NCBI GenBank assembly: GCA_038820005.1
Contig: JAWAXP010000001.1
Span: 302,235 to 366,234, forward strand
Length of the DNA: 64,000 bases
Source of the DNA: Ignisphaera sp.
GTDB lineage: Archaea; Thermoproteota; Thermoprotei_A; Sulfolobales; Ignisphaeraceae
Reading direction: 5' to 3'
Shown here: in pieces, positions 31,953 through 41,964 of the stretch
How positions within the stretch are numbered: the stretch's first letter is position 1
Layout of the letters: each line of letters starts with the position of its first letter
The notes under the pieces: model-generated
The model's input: the letters and a program-made list of their open reading frames with translations, nothing else
Databases searched by the model: none
What the model was told of the DNA's origin: nothing
Program-made: the position numbers and the translations under genes

Positions 31953-33431
31953 TCATTTTTTACCTCGAGTCATGTAAAGAGCTCCTAATAGTATTACAAT
32001 TAATATCAGTACAATAATGGATGGCATAGTCCATCCGGGAACCTCGTAAGCTGTTGTTGTAACAGTTTTAGTTGCTTCAGATGTAGATGTTTGCGTAATG
32101 GTTGAAACTAAAGTTTCTTTAACTGTTTGCGTTGAATATAAGGTTCTTTGTTCTGTAATTGTTGTTGCAGGTAAATATTGAACAGATACAACTACTTGAG
32201 TAATATTTCTAGTAACTGTTGTTCTTACAGTTTTCGTATCAGTTATATACATAAATTCATACTGAATTACACTAGTAAGGGAAACATGTGTAACTGTTTC
32301 AGTAACTGTTCGTGTAACAGTCATAATACCCGCTCCAGGTTTATCTGACCAAGCTTCGATAGTTATTGATGCACTAGAGAGTTTGCTAGAACCAAATTCT
32401 TTGACAAGATCTATGGAGAATTCATCCCCCGTATCAACCCAATACTCTTTTGAGGTTCCAGCCGATGTAATCACTATTCTTATGTACTTACCTCCGCTAA
32501 CCTCCCTTATTTGGTTAAGGAATCTGAAATAGAGCTTAGTATCAGTATACAATCCTTTTAACAACCATAGCCAGCGATGTGCATCAAGTTCCCTCTTAAC
32601 ATCAGGGTTATGGTATACTGGTGATCTATTCTTTGAAAGATCTAAGTAATGGGTACTGTTGAAGAATGTTGGATCAACAAATACCTCAACATTACCCATA
32701 TCCACAGTTTTCCCCTCGACTAAGGATCTGAATACCTCGATCATTTCCGATGTTGACTTTTTAGTATTATCCCATAAGATAAACCACCTCATATAACCGT
32801 CGTATACATTTCGGACATCTTCTAGTGTAGGCTGGTCTCCTCTAGCACCTAGGTAAAGAGGATCAGATGCCGGTATTAGTGGAGTACCACCAGAGGTTGA
32901 ATTCAAAGTCTTATACTCATACAAGTAGAGGTTTGCATGGTAGGTAGCATTATAATCGACATAAGCATGAATCCAAGTATCCTTTGGCGGTGGATAACCG
33001 GGGTCTAGGTAATATGCATCTGCAGGTCCCGGTGCTGGTTTATTAGCTACTCTAACCACTAGCATTACTCCTGCAGGTCTAGAACCGTAGTAGAAATCGC
33101 ATTGGCTTACTCCATAAGGACCTATTCTTCTAAAGACCATGAAATAGGGATACGATGCCCATGGAGACCTTAAAGCTATGGCATAAGCTGTTGTATTATA
33201 CGACTTTGTCCAATGAACTCTTATGTGCTGTTCTTCTTTGCCCGTAAAAAGCCATGTGTATAGATGCGGAACAACAAGGCTTCCGCTAGGTATTTCAACA
33301 TTTTCAATTCTAACGTCTAAAAGTACCTGTGGTTGCGCATATATATGCAACGGCTTGCTGTTTATTAAGAATGTTATCAACGGTATTAGCAGCAATAGAA
33401 GTAATATTATTATTAATAATGCTCTCTTCAA
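31953..33431 (-). CDS. Secreted surface protein, possible LamG/concanavalin-like domain, Thr-rich linker, C-terminal TM
   Basis: Signal peptide; TWIHAYVDY...LY, LYLGARG...YDGYMRWF resemble LamG strands; EVPGW-TM-RGKK tail. Confidence 0.6.
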   Translation of the reverse strand: MKRALLIIILLLLLLIPLITFLINSKPLHIYAQPQVLLDVRIENVEIPSGSLVVPHLYTWLFTGKEEQHIRVHWTKSYNTTAYAIALRSPWASYPYFMVFRRIGPYGVSQCDFYYGSRPAGVMLVVRVANKPAPGPADAYYLDPGYPPPKDTWIHAYVDYNATYHANLYLYEYKTLNSTSGGTPLIPASDPLYLGARGDQPTLEDVRNVYDGYMRWFILWDNTKKSTSEMIEVFRSLVEGKTVDMGNVEVFVDPTFFNSTHYLDLSKNRSPVYHNPDVKRELDAHRWLWLLKGLYTDTKLYFRFLNQIREVSGGKYIRIVITSAGTSKEYWVDTGDEFSIDLVKEFGSSKLSSASITIEAWSDKPGAGIMTVTRTVTETVTHVSLTSVIQYEFMYITDTKTVRTTVTRNITQVVVSVQYLPATTITEQRTLYSTQTVKETLVSTITQTSTSEATKTVTTTAYEVPGWTMPSIIVLILIVILLGALYMTRGKK

Positions 33432-33520
33432 AACCTACCACCTACTAAAGTTATTTAGGGCTGGGTTATATAAATATTGTTTAAATACATCAATATAGAA
33501 TTGGTTTAATCTCTATCACG

Positions 33521-33877
33521 GCAACGAAGGAGTTAACAGAAACTCTAACAACAACAGAACATGGTAAGAAAACTAAAATTTAAGGTCTCATTTTTAGTTA
33601 ATTCAGCAATTAAATTGAAGTTTAAGCTTTAATTAATGCAGTATGGGACAAATATAATGTAAAAATTGTAATTCTGTTTTATACTTGAAAAATTTCGTTA
33701 AGACCTTCTTCTAAGAACCATGCCTATGGCTAATCCAACTACCAACAATACTACCCCTATACCTACAGTTATTAACCAATTGACCTCGGTTTTAACAACC
33801 TCAGTAGTTGTTGTAGTAGTTCTTACTTCTGTATGAGTTAATGTTGTTGTTAGAGTTTCTGTTAACTCCTTCGTTGC
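33521..33877. repeat. Perfect 36-bp inverted repeat (33521-33556 intergenic / 33842-33877 inside the GH12-like CDS)
   Basis: gcaacgaaggagttaacagaaactctaacaacaaca versus tgttgttgttagagtttctgttaactccttcgttgc. Confidence 0.95.
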
Positions 33878-34918
33878 TGTAAGTGTAATTGAGCTAATGA
33901 TAGTACTAAGCTGGGTCTGGGTAATAGTAGTAGTTGCTGTGAATGTGATTGTTGTTGTTCGGGTTGTGGTTATAGCAATAACGTTGGCTCCGGACATTAT
34001 AGATACTTCATACATTCTCCATATGAATACTCCTTTACCTTCTTTATTTGAGTACCAGTCAACGAATATATCCATCATTTGAAGGGTATGGCCAAGAACT
34101 TCCTCTGAGGACCATATATTGGGAGCTAGTTGAGGTAATAGTGTTGCTGTTAGGGAGATATATTCCTGTATTGGTATACCTACTCTACTATTCCTAATTG
34201 ATAGGTTAAGAGGTTCGAATACAACTGCTGTGTGTCCACCTGTTTTTTCAATATTTGATGTGAATACCGCGAAGTTTACATAATTAAGGGAGCCATTTAT
34301 AATTAAAGGTGCTACAACTCGTGCTGCTGGTGTACCTGTTATAGGTCTACCTGGATGGTTATAGGTTCTAACTATTATTAAGAGGTCTCCTGCTTGTGGA
34401 CCTTGTTGCCTTAAAGCTTTAACTGTCCATATATATAAGGTTGTTGTTAGAGGTAGAGTAGATTCTTTTTCATAAATAGTGTAGTTGATGAAGAGTATAG
34501 CGTAAGGTAATTCGGTGATCTTCTTAGGTATTTTGTAAACAGGATGTGATGGAGGGCTTTCACCCCAAAGGCTTCTACCATACCTAACCCCTGGTCCACC
34601 TTGGATTGTTACAGTTGTAGGCAAGTTAGTGAAATTACCGTATACCTCAACGTAGTTCTTAGTATAATTCATTATCATTATGCCTTGGGCTCCTGATGCT
34701 AAATTCCATAGGTTAGCTACAAAGGCTGCATAAGTTAGATCAATGGTAGACCACTTAGCGTCAGGTCCAGCTTGAGCTACACGTGGTAATACTGAAGGAT
34801 CTGGTAGTATTACTCCTACACCTTCCTGTGCGAATACTGTGCAAATACTATTACATATTATTAATGCTGTTAGTAATGCTGTTAGAATTATAGAGAATCT
34901 AGGGTTTTTCGTCATCAT
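33698..34918 (-). CDS. GH12-like surface-anchored protein with degenerate catalytic residues
   Basis: NLWN, YGRSLW, IPKKITELP, PLIING are co-linear with thermophilic GH12 enzymes; signal peptide, Thr-rich linker, TM plus RRR. Confidence 0.75.
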   Translation of the reverse strand: MMTKNPRFSIILTALLTALIICNSICTVFAQEGVGVILPDPSVLPRVAQAGPDAKWSTIDLTYAAFVANLWNLASGAQGIMIMNYTKNYVEVYGNFTNLPTTVTIQGGPGVRYGRSLWGESPPSHPVYKIPKKITELPYAILFINYTIYEKESTLPLTTTLYIWTVKALRQQGPQAGDLLIIVRTYNHPGRPITGTPAARVVAPLIINGSLNYVNFAVFTSNIEKTGGHTAVVFEPLNLSIRNSRVGIPIQEYISLTATLLPQLAPNIWSSEEVLGHTLQMMDIFVDWYSNKEGKGVFIWRMYEVSIMSGANVIAITTTRTTTITFTATTTITQTQLSTIISSITLTATKELTETLTTTLTHTEVRTTTTTTEVVKTEVNWLITVGIGVVLLVVGLAIGMVLRRRS

Positions 34919-35037
34919 TTAGGATCCCGAGTTTAAACGTTGTCTACAATTATAGAGATTGTTGTGATATATAAACCTTAATGTGAAATAAATAGCTTTA
35001 TGTATCTGTTTAAAGAATTGATAAGTAAGAATTCCCG

Positions 35038-35901
35038 TCAGGATTCTCTTAATCTTGGGTTGAAGAGGGGTTCAAGCCCTACACCTATTAAGGATAGAGA
35101 TGTTGTTAATGCTATGATAGTTAAACCTGGAGGTAGAAATAACCACCAAGCACCAGTTACATAAGCCATGAAATGATTAGCGAACACCAGCATCATTCCA
35201 AGAGATAGATAAGCTGTCATGGGTTGTCCGGACAATAACATAGCTACACCTGCTTCACCAGCTATAGCTCCTCCCATAAATCCTGCAAAAGCGTTTATTA
35301 TGTAAGGTCCTATGAGAGGTAATAGGTCTTCAAATACTAATCGAATATCGTTGTATCCAGCCATTTTAGATAATGCTACGAATTCTCTTTGTCTAAGACT
35401 CATAAACATGGCTCTGATAGCTCTTGCAAACCATGGCCATGCGAAGGCTCCAAGAAGTATAGCCATTATATGGGGTCCTCTGCTTTCTACGGGTAGAAAT
35501 GATGCTATAAGCACTACTATAAGCCAATTAGGTATAGCCAGTATTATGTTTGTAAAGCTCATTAAGGCTTCATCGACTAAGCCACCTTTTATACCGGCTA
35601 TAGCGCCGATAACTAACCCGATGGCTAAGGAAATGATAGCTGCTACCAAGCCTATCATTAATGATGAATTTATGCTATGCAAAAATATTGCAAGTACATC
35701 TCTACCAAATCCGTCTGTGCCTAGCGGATGCTCTAGTGATGGTGGTAGAAATTGTTCTCTTTTTTCAAACGGATTCCTAGGATAGACAATAGGACCTACG
35801 ACAGCCATTAGCACTATTATTATCAGCGTAACAAGCCCTACGACGAATCTCTTATTTGAGAACATAACATATACTGCTAGAGGGACCTTAATGCTCCGCA
35901 T
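35038..35901 (-). CDS. ABC permease (DppC-like)
   Basis: HPLGTDGFGRDV, WPWFARAIR, WWLFLPPG, NPRLR. Confidence 0.92.
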   Translation of the reverse strand: MRSIKVPLAVYVMFSNKRFVVGLVTLIIIVLMAVVGPIVYPRNPFEKREQFLPPSLEHPLGTDGFGRDVLAIFLHSINSSLMIGLVAAIISLAIGLVIGAIAGIKGGLVDEALMSFTNIILAIPNWLIVVLIASFLPVESRGPHIMAILLGAFAWPWFARAIRAMFMSLRQREFVALSKMAGYNDIRLVFEDLLPLIGPYIINAFAGFMGGAIAGEAGVAMLLSGQPMTAYLSLGMMLVFANHFMAYVTGAWWLFLPPGLTIIALTTSLSLIGVGLEPLFNPRLRES

Positions 35902-35906
35902 ATGTG

Positions 35907-36938
35907 TTACACCTTTTCGCCGCCAACTCTTATCCTTGGATCAATTAACGCGTACATGAAATCAACTAAGAAGTTTGCCAGGAATACGGTTGCGATTACT
36001 ATCAAGAATATTCCTTGAATAACCGGGTAATCAAGAGCTCCAATAGCGCTTGCAAGGTAGTACCCAAGTCCTTGGTAGTTGAATACGTTTTCAGTTACAA
36101 GTGCTCCAGTTAGAGCGAAACCTAGTTGAAGAGCTAAGCCGGTTACCTGCGGTAGCAGGGAATTTCTATACGCATACTTAAATATGATTCCATCCCTAAC
36201 CCCGAGACTTTCAGAGTAAGCTATATAGTCGGACCCAAGTTCACCTGATATAACAACTCTCATCGACCCCATCCAGCCCGCCGATTGAATTATGAACATA
36301 GATAAGAAGGGAAGCGTATAATGCCATAGGAAATCTACGAAGAAGTCGAGCGTTGGAGAAGGTGTTACCCATATTGAGTGCTTTCCTCCTATTGGGAACC
36401 ATCTCAACCTAAAACCTAAGGTAAACAACATTAACATTGCTAGCCAATAATACGGTATTCTCGACACTATAAACGAGTACCCTAAGACAAATTTCTCAAG
36501 CATTCTACCTCTCTTGTAACCCGCATAAGCACCAATAATATTTCCTACAAACCATGATACAATCGTAGGCGGTATTACTAAAACTAATGTCCAGGGCAAA
36601 GCTCGGGCTATTATATCGTTCACCTTCATGGGGTACCGCTCTATAGAAACCCCTAAATCTCCTCCAAAAGCCCTGGTCACAAAAGTTATAAATTGAACGT
36701 ACCAAGGCTTATCAAGCTCAAAGGTTTTTATAAGTTCATGCCAAACCCTAGGAACCATTTCCGGCTTAAGTATGTACATTTGCAATATACTCTGCATTTT
36801 GACAGCTAAAGGGCTTGCCGGTATTAACCTAGGAAGTACGAACACTACACATATTGCAATGAAGTACGTTATTACTAGTAAGGAGACCTTCTTCGCTAAG
36901 AACATAAGTATAGGCTTTTTACTCATTCTCTTAACCAC
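35907..36938 (-). CDS. ABC permease (DppB-like)
   Basis: GDLGVS, ALPWT, YRNSLLPQVT, ENVFNYQGLG, DYPVIQG, IDPRIR. Confidence 0.92.
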   Translation of the reverse strand: MVKRMSKKPILMFLAKKVSLLVITYFIAICVVFVLPRLIPASPLAVKMQSILQMYILKPEMVPRVWHELIKTFELDKPWYVQFITFVTRAFGGDLGVSIERYPMKVNDIIARALPWTLVLVIPPTIVSWFVGNIIGAYAGYKRGRMLEKFVLGYSFIVSRIPYYWLAMLMLFTLGFRLRWFPIGGKHSIWVTPSPTLDFFVDFLWHYTLPFLSMFIIQSAGWMGSMRVVISGELGSDYIAYSESLGVRDGIIFKYAYRNSLLPQVTGLALQLGFALTGALVTENVFNYQGLGYYLASAIGALDYPVIQGIFLIVIATVFLANFLVDFMYALIDPRIRVGGEKV

Positions 36939-37226
36939 CTTATACTAAATTGATGCGCTCCTTTAAAGTTAATGTTGACCTAGTTTTAAAACTTTAATTA
37001 CAATGAATTCATAAGTAAATTAAGAAAACTTAATATAACGAAATTAGGTTTTAAGCCAGTACTCTCGTTAATCATAGCGTTAAACTTCATAATCATACAC
37101 TAAATTCAATAAACCCATCTCCCAACTAATTATTACGTTGCGTATCAATAATTTTATTAAGGTTTTTTAGTTGAAGCCTGGATTAGAACTAAAGTATTAG
37201 CATAAATGTAAATCAGCGGTGATTGA

Positions 37227-39089
37227 ATGAAGGTCATAGAAAATTTAGGTAGAGGTGTTGTTGCTCTTAGGATTTCCGAGAACGAAGTATTTGTTAGTTG
37301 GAGGCTTTTAGTTGATGACCTGGATGATATTAAGTTCAATGTTTATAGGAAGATAGCCGATAATACTGCTAAGGTTAATATCGAACCTCTGTCCCAGACT
37401 AATATATTAGACAAGGTTGAGGATTTCTCTAAAGGCGTGGAGTATCTTGTTGTCCCTGTTTTTAACGGCAAAGAGCTTTGGGATAAAGCTTCTAGTTCTC
37501 CTCTAGGAAAACTACCTCCAAACCCATTAATAAGAAACTATATATCAATACCTCTGAGGCAAGACACTCTTGACTCTTATGGTAGAGTTCAAGGAGTTCA
37601 AGCCGCCGCCGTAGGTGATCTGGATGGAGATGGCGAATACGAGTTGGTGGTTAAAAGAGGTAACCAAGGTCTTGATCCAGCGTTTAAGGTTTACCCAATA
37701 CATATGCCTATAGAGACTTACAAGTTAGAGGCATACAAATTAGATGGAACCTTTCTCTGGAGAATAGATCTAGGACCTAATATAAGACCAGGTGTATGGT
37801 ATTCACCATTCATAGTGTTTGACCTAGACTCTGATGGAAAAGCAGAAGTAGTGGTTAAAATTGGTGAAGGAGCTAAGTTCTATACCAGGGATGGAGAGGT
37901 TTTAGATGTAGGGGACATCAATGGCGACGGTGTTGTGAATTACGTTGATGAACTGGGTAGGCAAACGCACGGTCCAGAGTACTTCGCTGTAGTAGATGGT
38001 TCAACAGGAAAACCTCTAGCTATAGCTACATGGATCCCAATGCATGAGTGGGGTTTCTGGGGTGATAACTACGGTAATAGAGCGTCAAGACATATGATGT
38101 CAGTAGCCTATTTGGATGGAGAAAAACCTTCACTTATAATTGCTAGGGGTATTTACACGCATATCTTTATTGAGGCATGGAATTGGAGAGATAAAAAACT
38201 TGAGAAAGTGTGGAGTTTTTACCTCCCAAACCCAGGTGTTGCTAAAGGCGGTCATAATATAAGGGTTGCCGATATTGATGGAGATGGCAAAGATGAGGTA
38301 ATATATGGTGCTATAGCAATTGATCACGATGGTAGACTGCTTTGGGATTCCGGGCTGGTTCACGGTGATAGATTCCATGTAACAGACATAGATCCCTCGA
38401 AGCCGGGGCTAGAGATATTCTATGTTCAGGAATTTGCTGATGTCAAGGAGAAGAAAAAACCGGGTATAGCTATGGTTGATGCATCTACAGGAAAGATTCT
38501 ATGGAGTCTTTCAGGGCCAGGTATAAGTGATGTAGATGTTGATCAAGCTGTTTGCGCAGACATTGATCCCAGGTACCCTGGGTTAGAATGCTGGACTAGC
38601 TATGGAGCTCCACACGCGGGTAAAGGAGCTTTTATAGGATTGTTTAGTGCAAAAGGGGAAATCATAGGGCATGCTCCACCGCTTTGCAATATGGCTATAT
38701 GGTGGGATGGAGATCTACTTAGGGAACACTTGGACATAGCCTATGGACTGCTATACATAAGTAAATGGAATTACGAAAAACAGAAATTCGAGCCACTATT
38801 TGTCGGCGATTGCATGGGTTATAGAACGCCTGCTCTTTATGGAGATATACTCGGTGATTGGAGGGAAGAAGTAGTATGTGTATCCAGTGATAAGAAAGAG
38901 CTAAGAATATATGTAACAACGATACCGACTAACTATAGATTCTATGCCCTTGTACAAGACCCGCAATACCGAATAGATGTTGCACAAGAAAGTGTTGGAT
39001 ACATGCAATCAACTTACACGAGCTTCTACCTAGCCTCAGATATGAATCTTCCGTCCCCAAAGCTCAATGTCAAACCATGTCGTAAATGA
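37227..39089 (+). CDS. Rhamnogalacturonan lyase, family PL11 (YesW/YesX-like), no signal peptide
   Basis: ENLGRGVVA..VFVSWRLL, VGDLDGDGEYE, LWRIDLGPNIR, WGDNYGNR, ARGIYT, HGDRFH, WWDGDLLRE, GDILGDWREE, DPQYR. Confidence 0.9.
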   Translation: MKVIENLGRGVVALRISENEVFVSWRLLVDDLDDIKFNVYRKIADNTAKVNIEPLSQTNILDKVEDFSKGVEYLVVPVFNGKELWDKASSSPLGKLPPNPLIRNYISIPLRQDTLDSYGRVQGVQAAAVGDLDGDGEYELVVKRGNQGLDPAFKVYPIHMPIETYKLEAYKLDGTFLWRIDLGPNIRPGVWYSPFIVFDLDSDGKAEVVVKIGEGAKFYTRDGEVLDVGDINGDGVVNYVDELGRQTHGPEYFAVVDGSTGKPLAIATWIPMHEWGFWGDNYGNRASRHMMSVAYLDGEKPSLIIARGIYTHIFIEAWNWRDKKLEKVWSFYLPNPGVAKGGHNIRVADIDGDGKDEVIYGAIAIDHDGRLLWDSGLVHGDRFHVTDIDPSKPGLEIFYVQEFADVKEKKKPGIAMVDASTGKILWSLSGPGISDVDVDQAVCADIDPRYPGLECWTSYGAPHAGKGAFIGLFSAKGEIIGHAPPLCNMAIWWDGDLLREHLDIAYGLLYISKWNYEKQKFEPLFVGDCMGYRTPALYGDILGDWREEVVCVSSDKKELRIYVTTIPTNYRFYALVQDPQYRIDVAQESVGYMQSTYTSFYLASDMNLPSPKLNVKPCRK

Positions 39090-39163
39090 GAAGGGCATAA
39101 ACTCAGTTTTTGAAATGTTAAATTAGAATAGAATTAAAAATTATGTTTGTTTATTTGTTTTGG

Positions 39164-39352
39164 TTATCCGCATTCTGGGTAGTCGTCTGGTACTTTTGCT
39201 CTAAAGTATTTACCAGATGCTGGGTCTTGGAATAACCCTATTTTTACTCCTTTCCTACCTCTAGGTGCTAAACTCCATACCTTCTTAGGTGTAAGATCTT
39301 TTTCAGCTCCTTCAGGTGTTTTAACTTTAACAGCTTTTGTACATGCAGCCAT
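39164..39352 (-). CDS. cren7: Crenarchaeal chromatin protein Cren7
   Basis: [34 protein letters not shown] signature. Confidence 0.95.
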   Translation of the reverse strand: MAACTKAVKVKTPEGAEKDLTPKKVWSLAPRGRKGVKIGLFQDPASGKYFRAKVPDDYPECG

Positions 39353-39516
39353 CTAATACACCCGAGAGTAAGTATAGAACGACTCATAGCTTATAATCAC
39401 TACCGTTGATTAAATCTTAACAAATAAGTTACGATTTTAACAGTAGGTAATACTTTTAGAATTGTTTAGTATACCGAAAACTAATAGTATGGTAAAATGA
39501 AATTGGTATCTCTGCC

Positions 39517-41745
39517 TTAATTACCTTCATTACACCGAGTTCTATTCCAACTTACATCGAAGCATATATCGTTTTCTAGCTCTAGGTAACCGGAGAGCTT
39601 TATTCTTCTTGATGAGCTTCCAACTCTTACCTCATAAATACCTCTTTCTACAGTCCATTTACCTTCAGCGAAGCTTGATAAGTACTTTATTGGTATAACT
39701 ATCTCTACTTCTTCTTCGCAACCTGGGTTTAGTAGCTTAGTTTTTTGAAATCCTTTAAGTTCCTGAATAGGTTTATCAATTCTCCCTTGAGGAGGCTTTA
39801 TATAAACTTGAACTACTTCCTTACCTGGGTACCTACCTACGTTTATAACCTTAAGCTTAACCTTAACCATATCGTTTTCTTTCCTAATTTCAAGGTCTCT
39901 GTATTCGAATTCTGTATAGCTAAGACCATAACCAAACTCGTAGGCTGGCTCAACATTGAAGGTATCGTAGTACCTATACCCAACGTATACATCTTCTCCG
40001 TAAACAACTTTCACAGGATTATTCTTAGGCTCGCCTGGGAAACCCCTCATTGTAGGTATTTCGTATAGATTGTTAGGCCAAGATAACGGTAATCTCCCGC
40101 TCGGCGAATTTCTTCCAAGTAGTACATCAGCTATTGCTCTACCAGCTTCTTGTCCAGGTAACCATACAACAAGTATTGCGTCTACTAAATCTCTCCAACT
40201 ATCAATTTCTATAGGTCCTGGTACATTAAGTATTGTAACAACTTTCTTATTGAATCTATGAAATACCTCTGAAACTTTCTTAATGAGATCGAATTCATCG
40301 TCTCTAAGGTAGAAATCGCCTTTAAGTGGGAGTCTATCAAACCCTTCACCCGAAATTCTCGAAATAGTTATCAACGCTACATCGTTTCTATAAGCGATGC
40401 CCTCTAGAACATTGATGTCTAGGAAGTTTTCAGGCACATGTAAGTTGTTCAAGTATTCGAGCATATGTTCTGTAAAGTCTATGAGAAGCCACGATACACC
40501 TAACGCATCTGCCTCCTTTATTAAATCTATTCTGCTTCTTCGAATACTGTTCATGAAGTCTACATTACCCCAAAACGACGGCAATACCTTTCGGTATATA
40601 TTATCGAGCTCTTCATCTATTGTTATACCTCTTCCCCTAAGACCGTCAACTACAGATACTACATGTTTTGGATAGGTATTACCACTACCTAAACCACCTT
40701 TAACAGTAAAGTAAGAACCTTTACCAAATACTGCAATACGAGCTGAAGAAGAGAGAGGTAAGGCATTATCATTCTTTAAAAGAACAAATCCTTCTACAGC
40801 AGCTTCGTAAGCTATTTCGCTATGCTTCTCAAGATCTGGTTTAAACGATGGTGTATATCCTTGATACTTTAGAGACTTAAGCACTAGGTTTAAAACTCTC
40901 GAAACTCTATCATTTACGGTTTTCTCATCTAGTAAACCTTGTTTATAGGCTTCTAAAAGACGTTTAACGATATTATCATCTCCAGGCATTATAAGATTGA
41001 TACCTGCTTTGATCTGCTCAATAGGGTCATCTCCAGCCCACCAATCAGTCATGACAAGCCCCTCATACTTCCACTCCTCTCTAAGAACTTTGGTTAAGAG
41101 CCACGGGCTCTGTGAACAGTACCTACCATTAAGCTTATTGTACGCAGCCATAATAGCCCAGGGATTTGATTTCTCTATAGCTATCTCGAATGCTCTAAGG
41201 TATATCTCCCTAAGCGCTCTCTCCGATGCAATAACATTTATAAAGAATCTGTTGGTCTCTTGATCGTTTGCAACAAAATGCTTTAATGTTGCTCCTACAC
41301 CTACGCTTTGAATACCCCTTACATACGCAGCTGCTATTTCACCTGAAAGTAGAGGGTCTTCGGAAAAGTACTCAAAGTTTCTACCGCAAAGAGGAATCCT
41401 ATGTATGTTGAGACCAGGAGCAAGCATTACATCTACTCCATACTCTTTAGCTTCTTCGCCAATAGCTTTACCAACTTTCTCTATAAGCTCAATATTCCAT
41501 GTTGATGCCAAGAGAACAGCGTTAGGGAAAGCTGTTGTAATGTAGGTTTTCTTATCACTCAACCTTGCAGGATATATCCTTACACCTGCAGGGCCATCGC
41601 TTAAAACAACAGAAGGGATAGCTATCCGTTGTATTGCTCGGGTTTCTCCGGCAGCTCCAAGAATAGTTTTCGAAATTCCTGCGCCAACGAGAAGGGTTAT
41701 CTTCTCCTCAAGTGTTAATTCTTTTACAATATTATCTAAGTTCAA
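39517..41745 (-). CDS. GH3 beta-glucosidase
   Basis: SDGPAG, GRNFEYFSEDP, LKHFVAN, VMTDW nucleophile, EGFDR, YVGYRY; likely TTG start at 41745. Confidence 0.92.
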   Translation of the reverse strand: MNLDNIVKELTLEEKITLLVGAGISKTILGAAGETRAIQRIAIPSVVLSDGPAGVRIYPARLSDKKTYITTAFPNAVLLASTWNIELIEKVGKAIGEEAKEYGVDVMLAPGLNIHRIPLCGRNFEYFSEDPLLSGEIAAAYVRGIQSVGVGATLKHFVANDQETNRFFINVIASERALREIYLRAFEIAIEKSNPWAIMAAYNKLNGRYCSQSPWLLTKVLREEWKYEGLVMTDWWAGDDPIEQIKAGINLIMPGDDNIVKRLLEAYKQGLLDEKTVNDRVSRVLNLVLKSLKYQGYTPSFKPDLEKHSEIAYEAAVEGFVLLKNDNALPLSSSARIAVFGKGSYFTVKGGLGSGNTYPKHVVSVVDGLRGRGITIDEELDNIYRKVLPSFWGNVDFMNSIRRSRIDLIKEADALGVSWLLIDFTEHMLEYLNNLHVPENFLDINVLEGIAYRNDVALITISRISGEGFDRLPLKGDFYLRDDEFDLIKKVSEVFHRFNKKVVTILNVPGPIEIDSWRDLVDAILVVWLPGQEAGRAIADVLLGRNSPSGRLPLSWPNNLYEIPTMRGFPGEPKNNPVKVVYGEDVYVGYRYYDTFNVEPAYEFGYGLSYTEFEYRDLEIRKENDMVKVKLKVINVGRYPGKEVVQVYIKPPQGRIDKPIQELKGFQKTKLLNPGCEEEVEIVIPIKYLSSFAEGKWTVERGIYEVRVGSSSRRIKLSGYLELENDICFDVSWNRTRCNEGN

Positions 41746-41964
41746 GCTGGTGCCCCTAATATACGAAAGTAATACAGTAAAATATAAGTATAAATAAAAT
41801 ATAAGTATAAATCTAGGCAATAGTTACTTATGCTATAACCGCTTAATCATAGTCATCGCTATGAATGATCTCTTTATATTGCTGCAGTAACCTATAAACT
41901 TTATCAAATGGTTTTCATAATATTTTTAAATTAGTGCTATAACGTCTTTAAATGGGACCTAATT

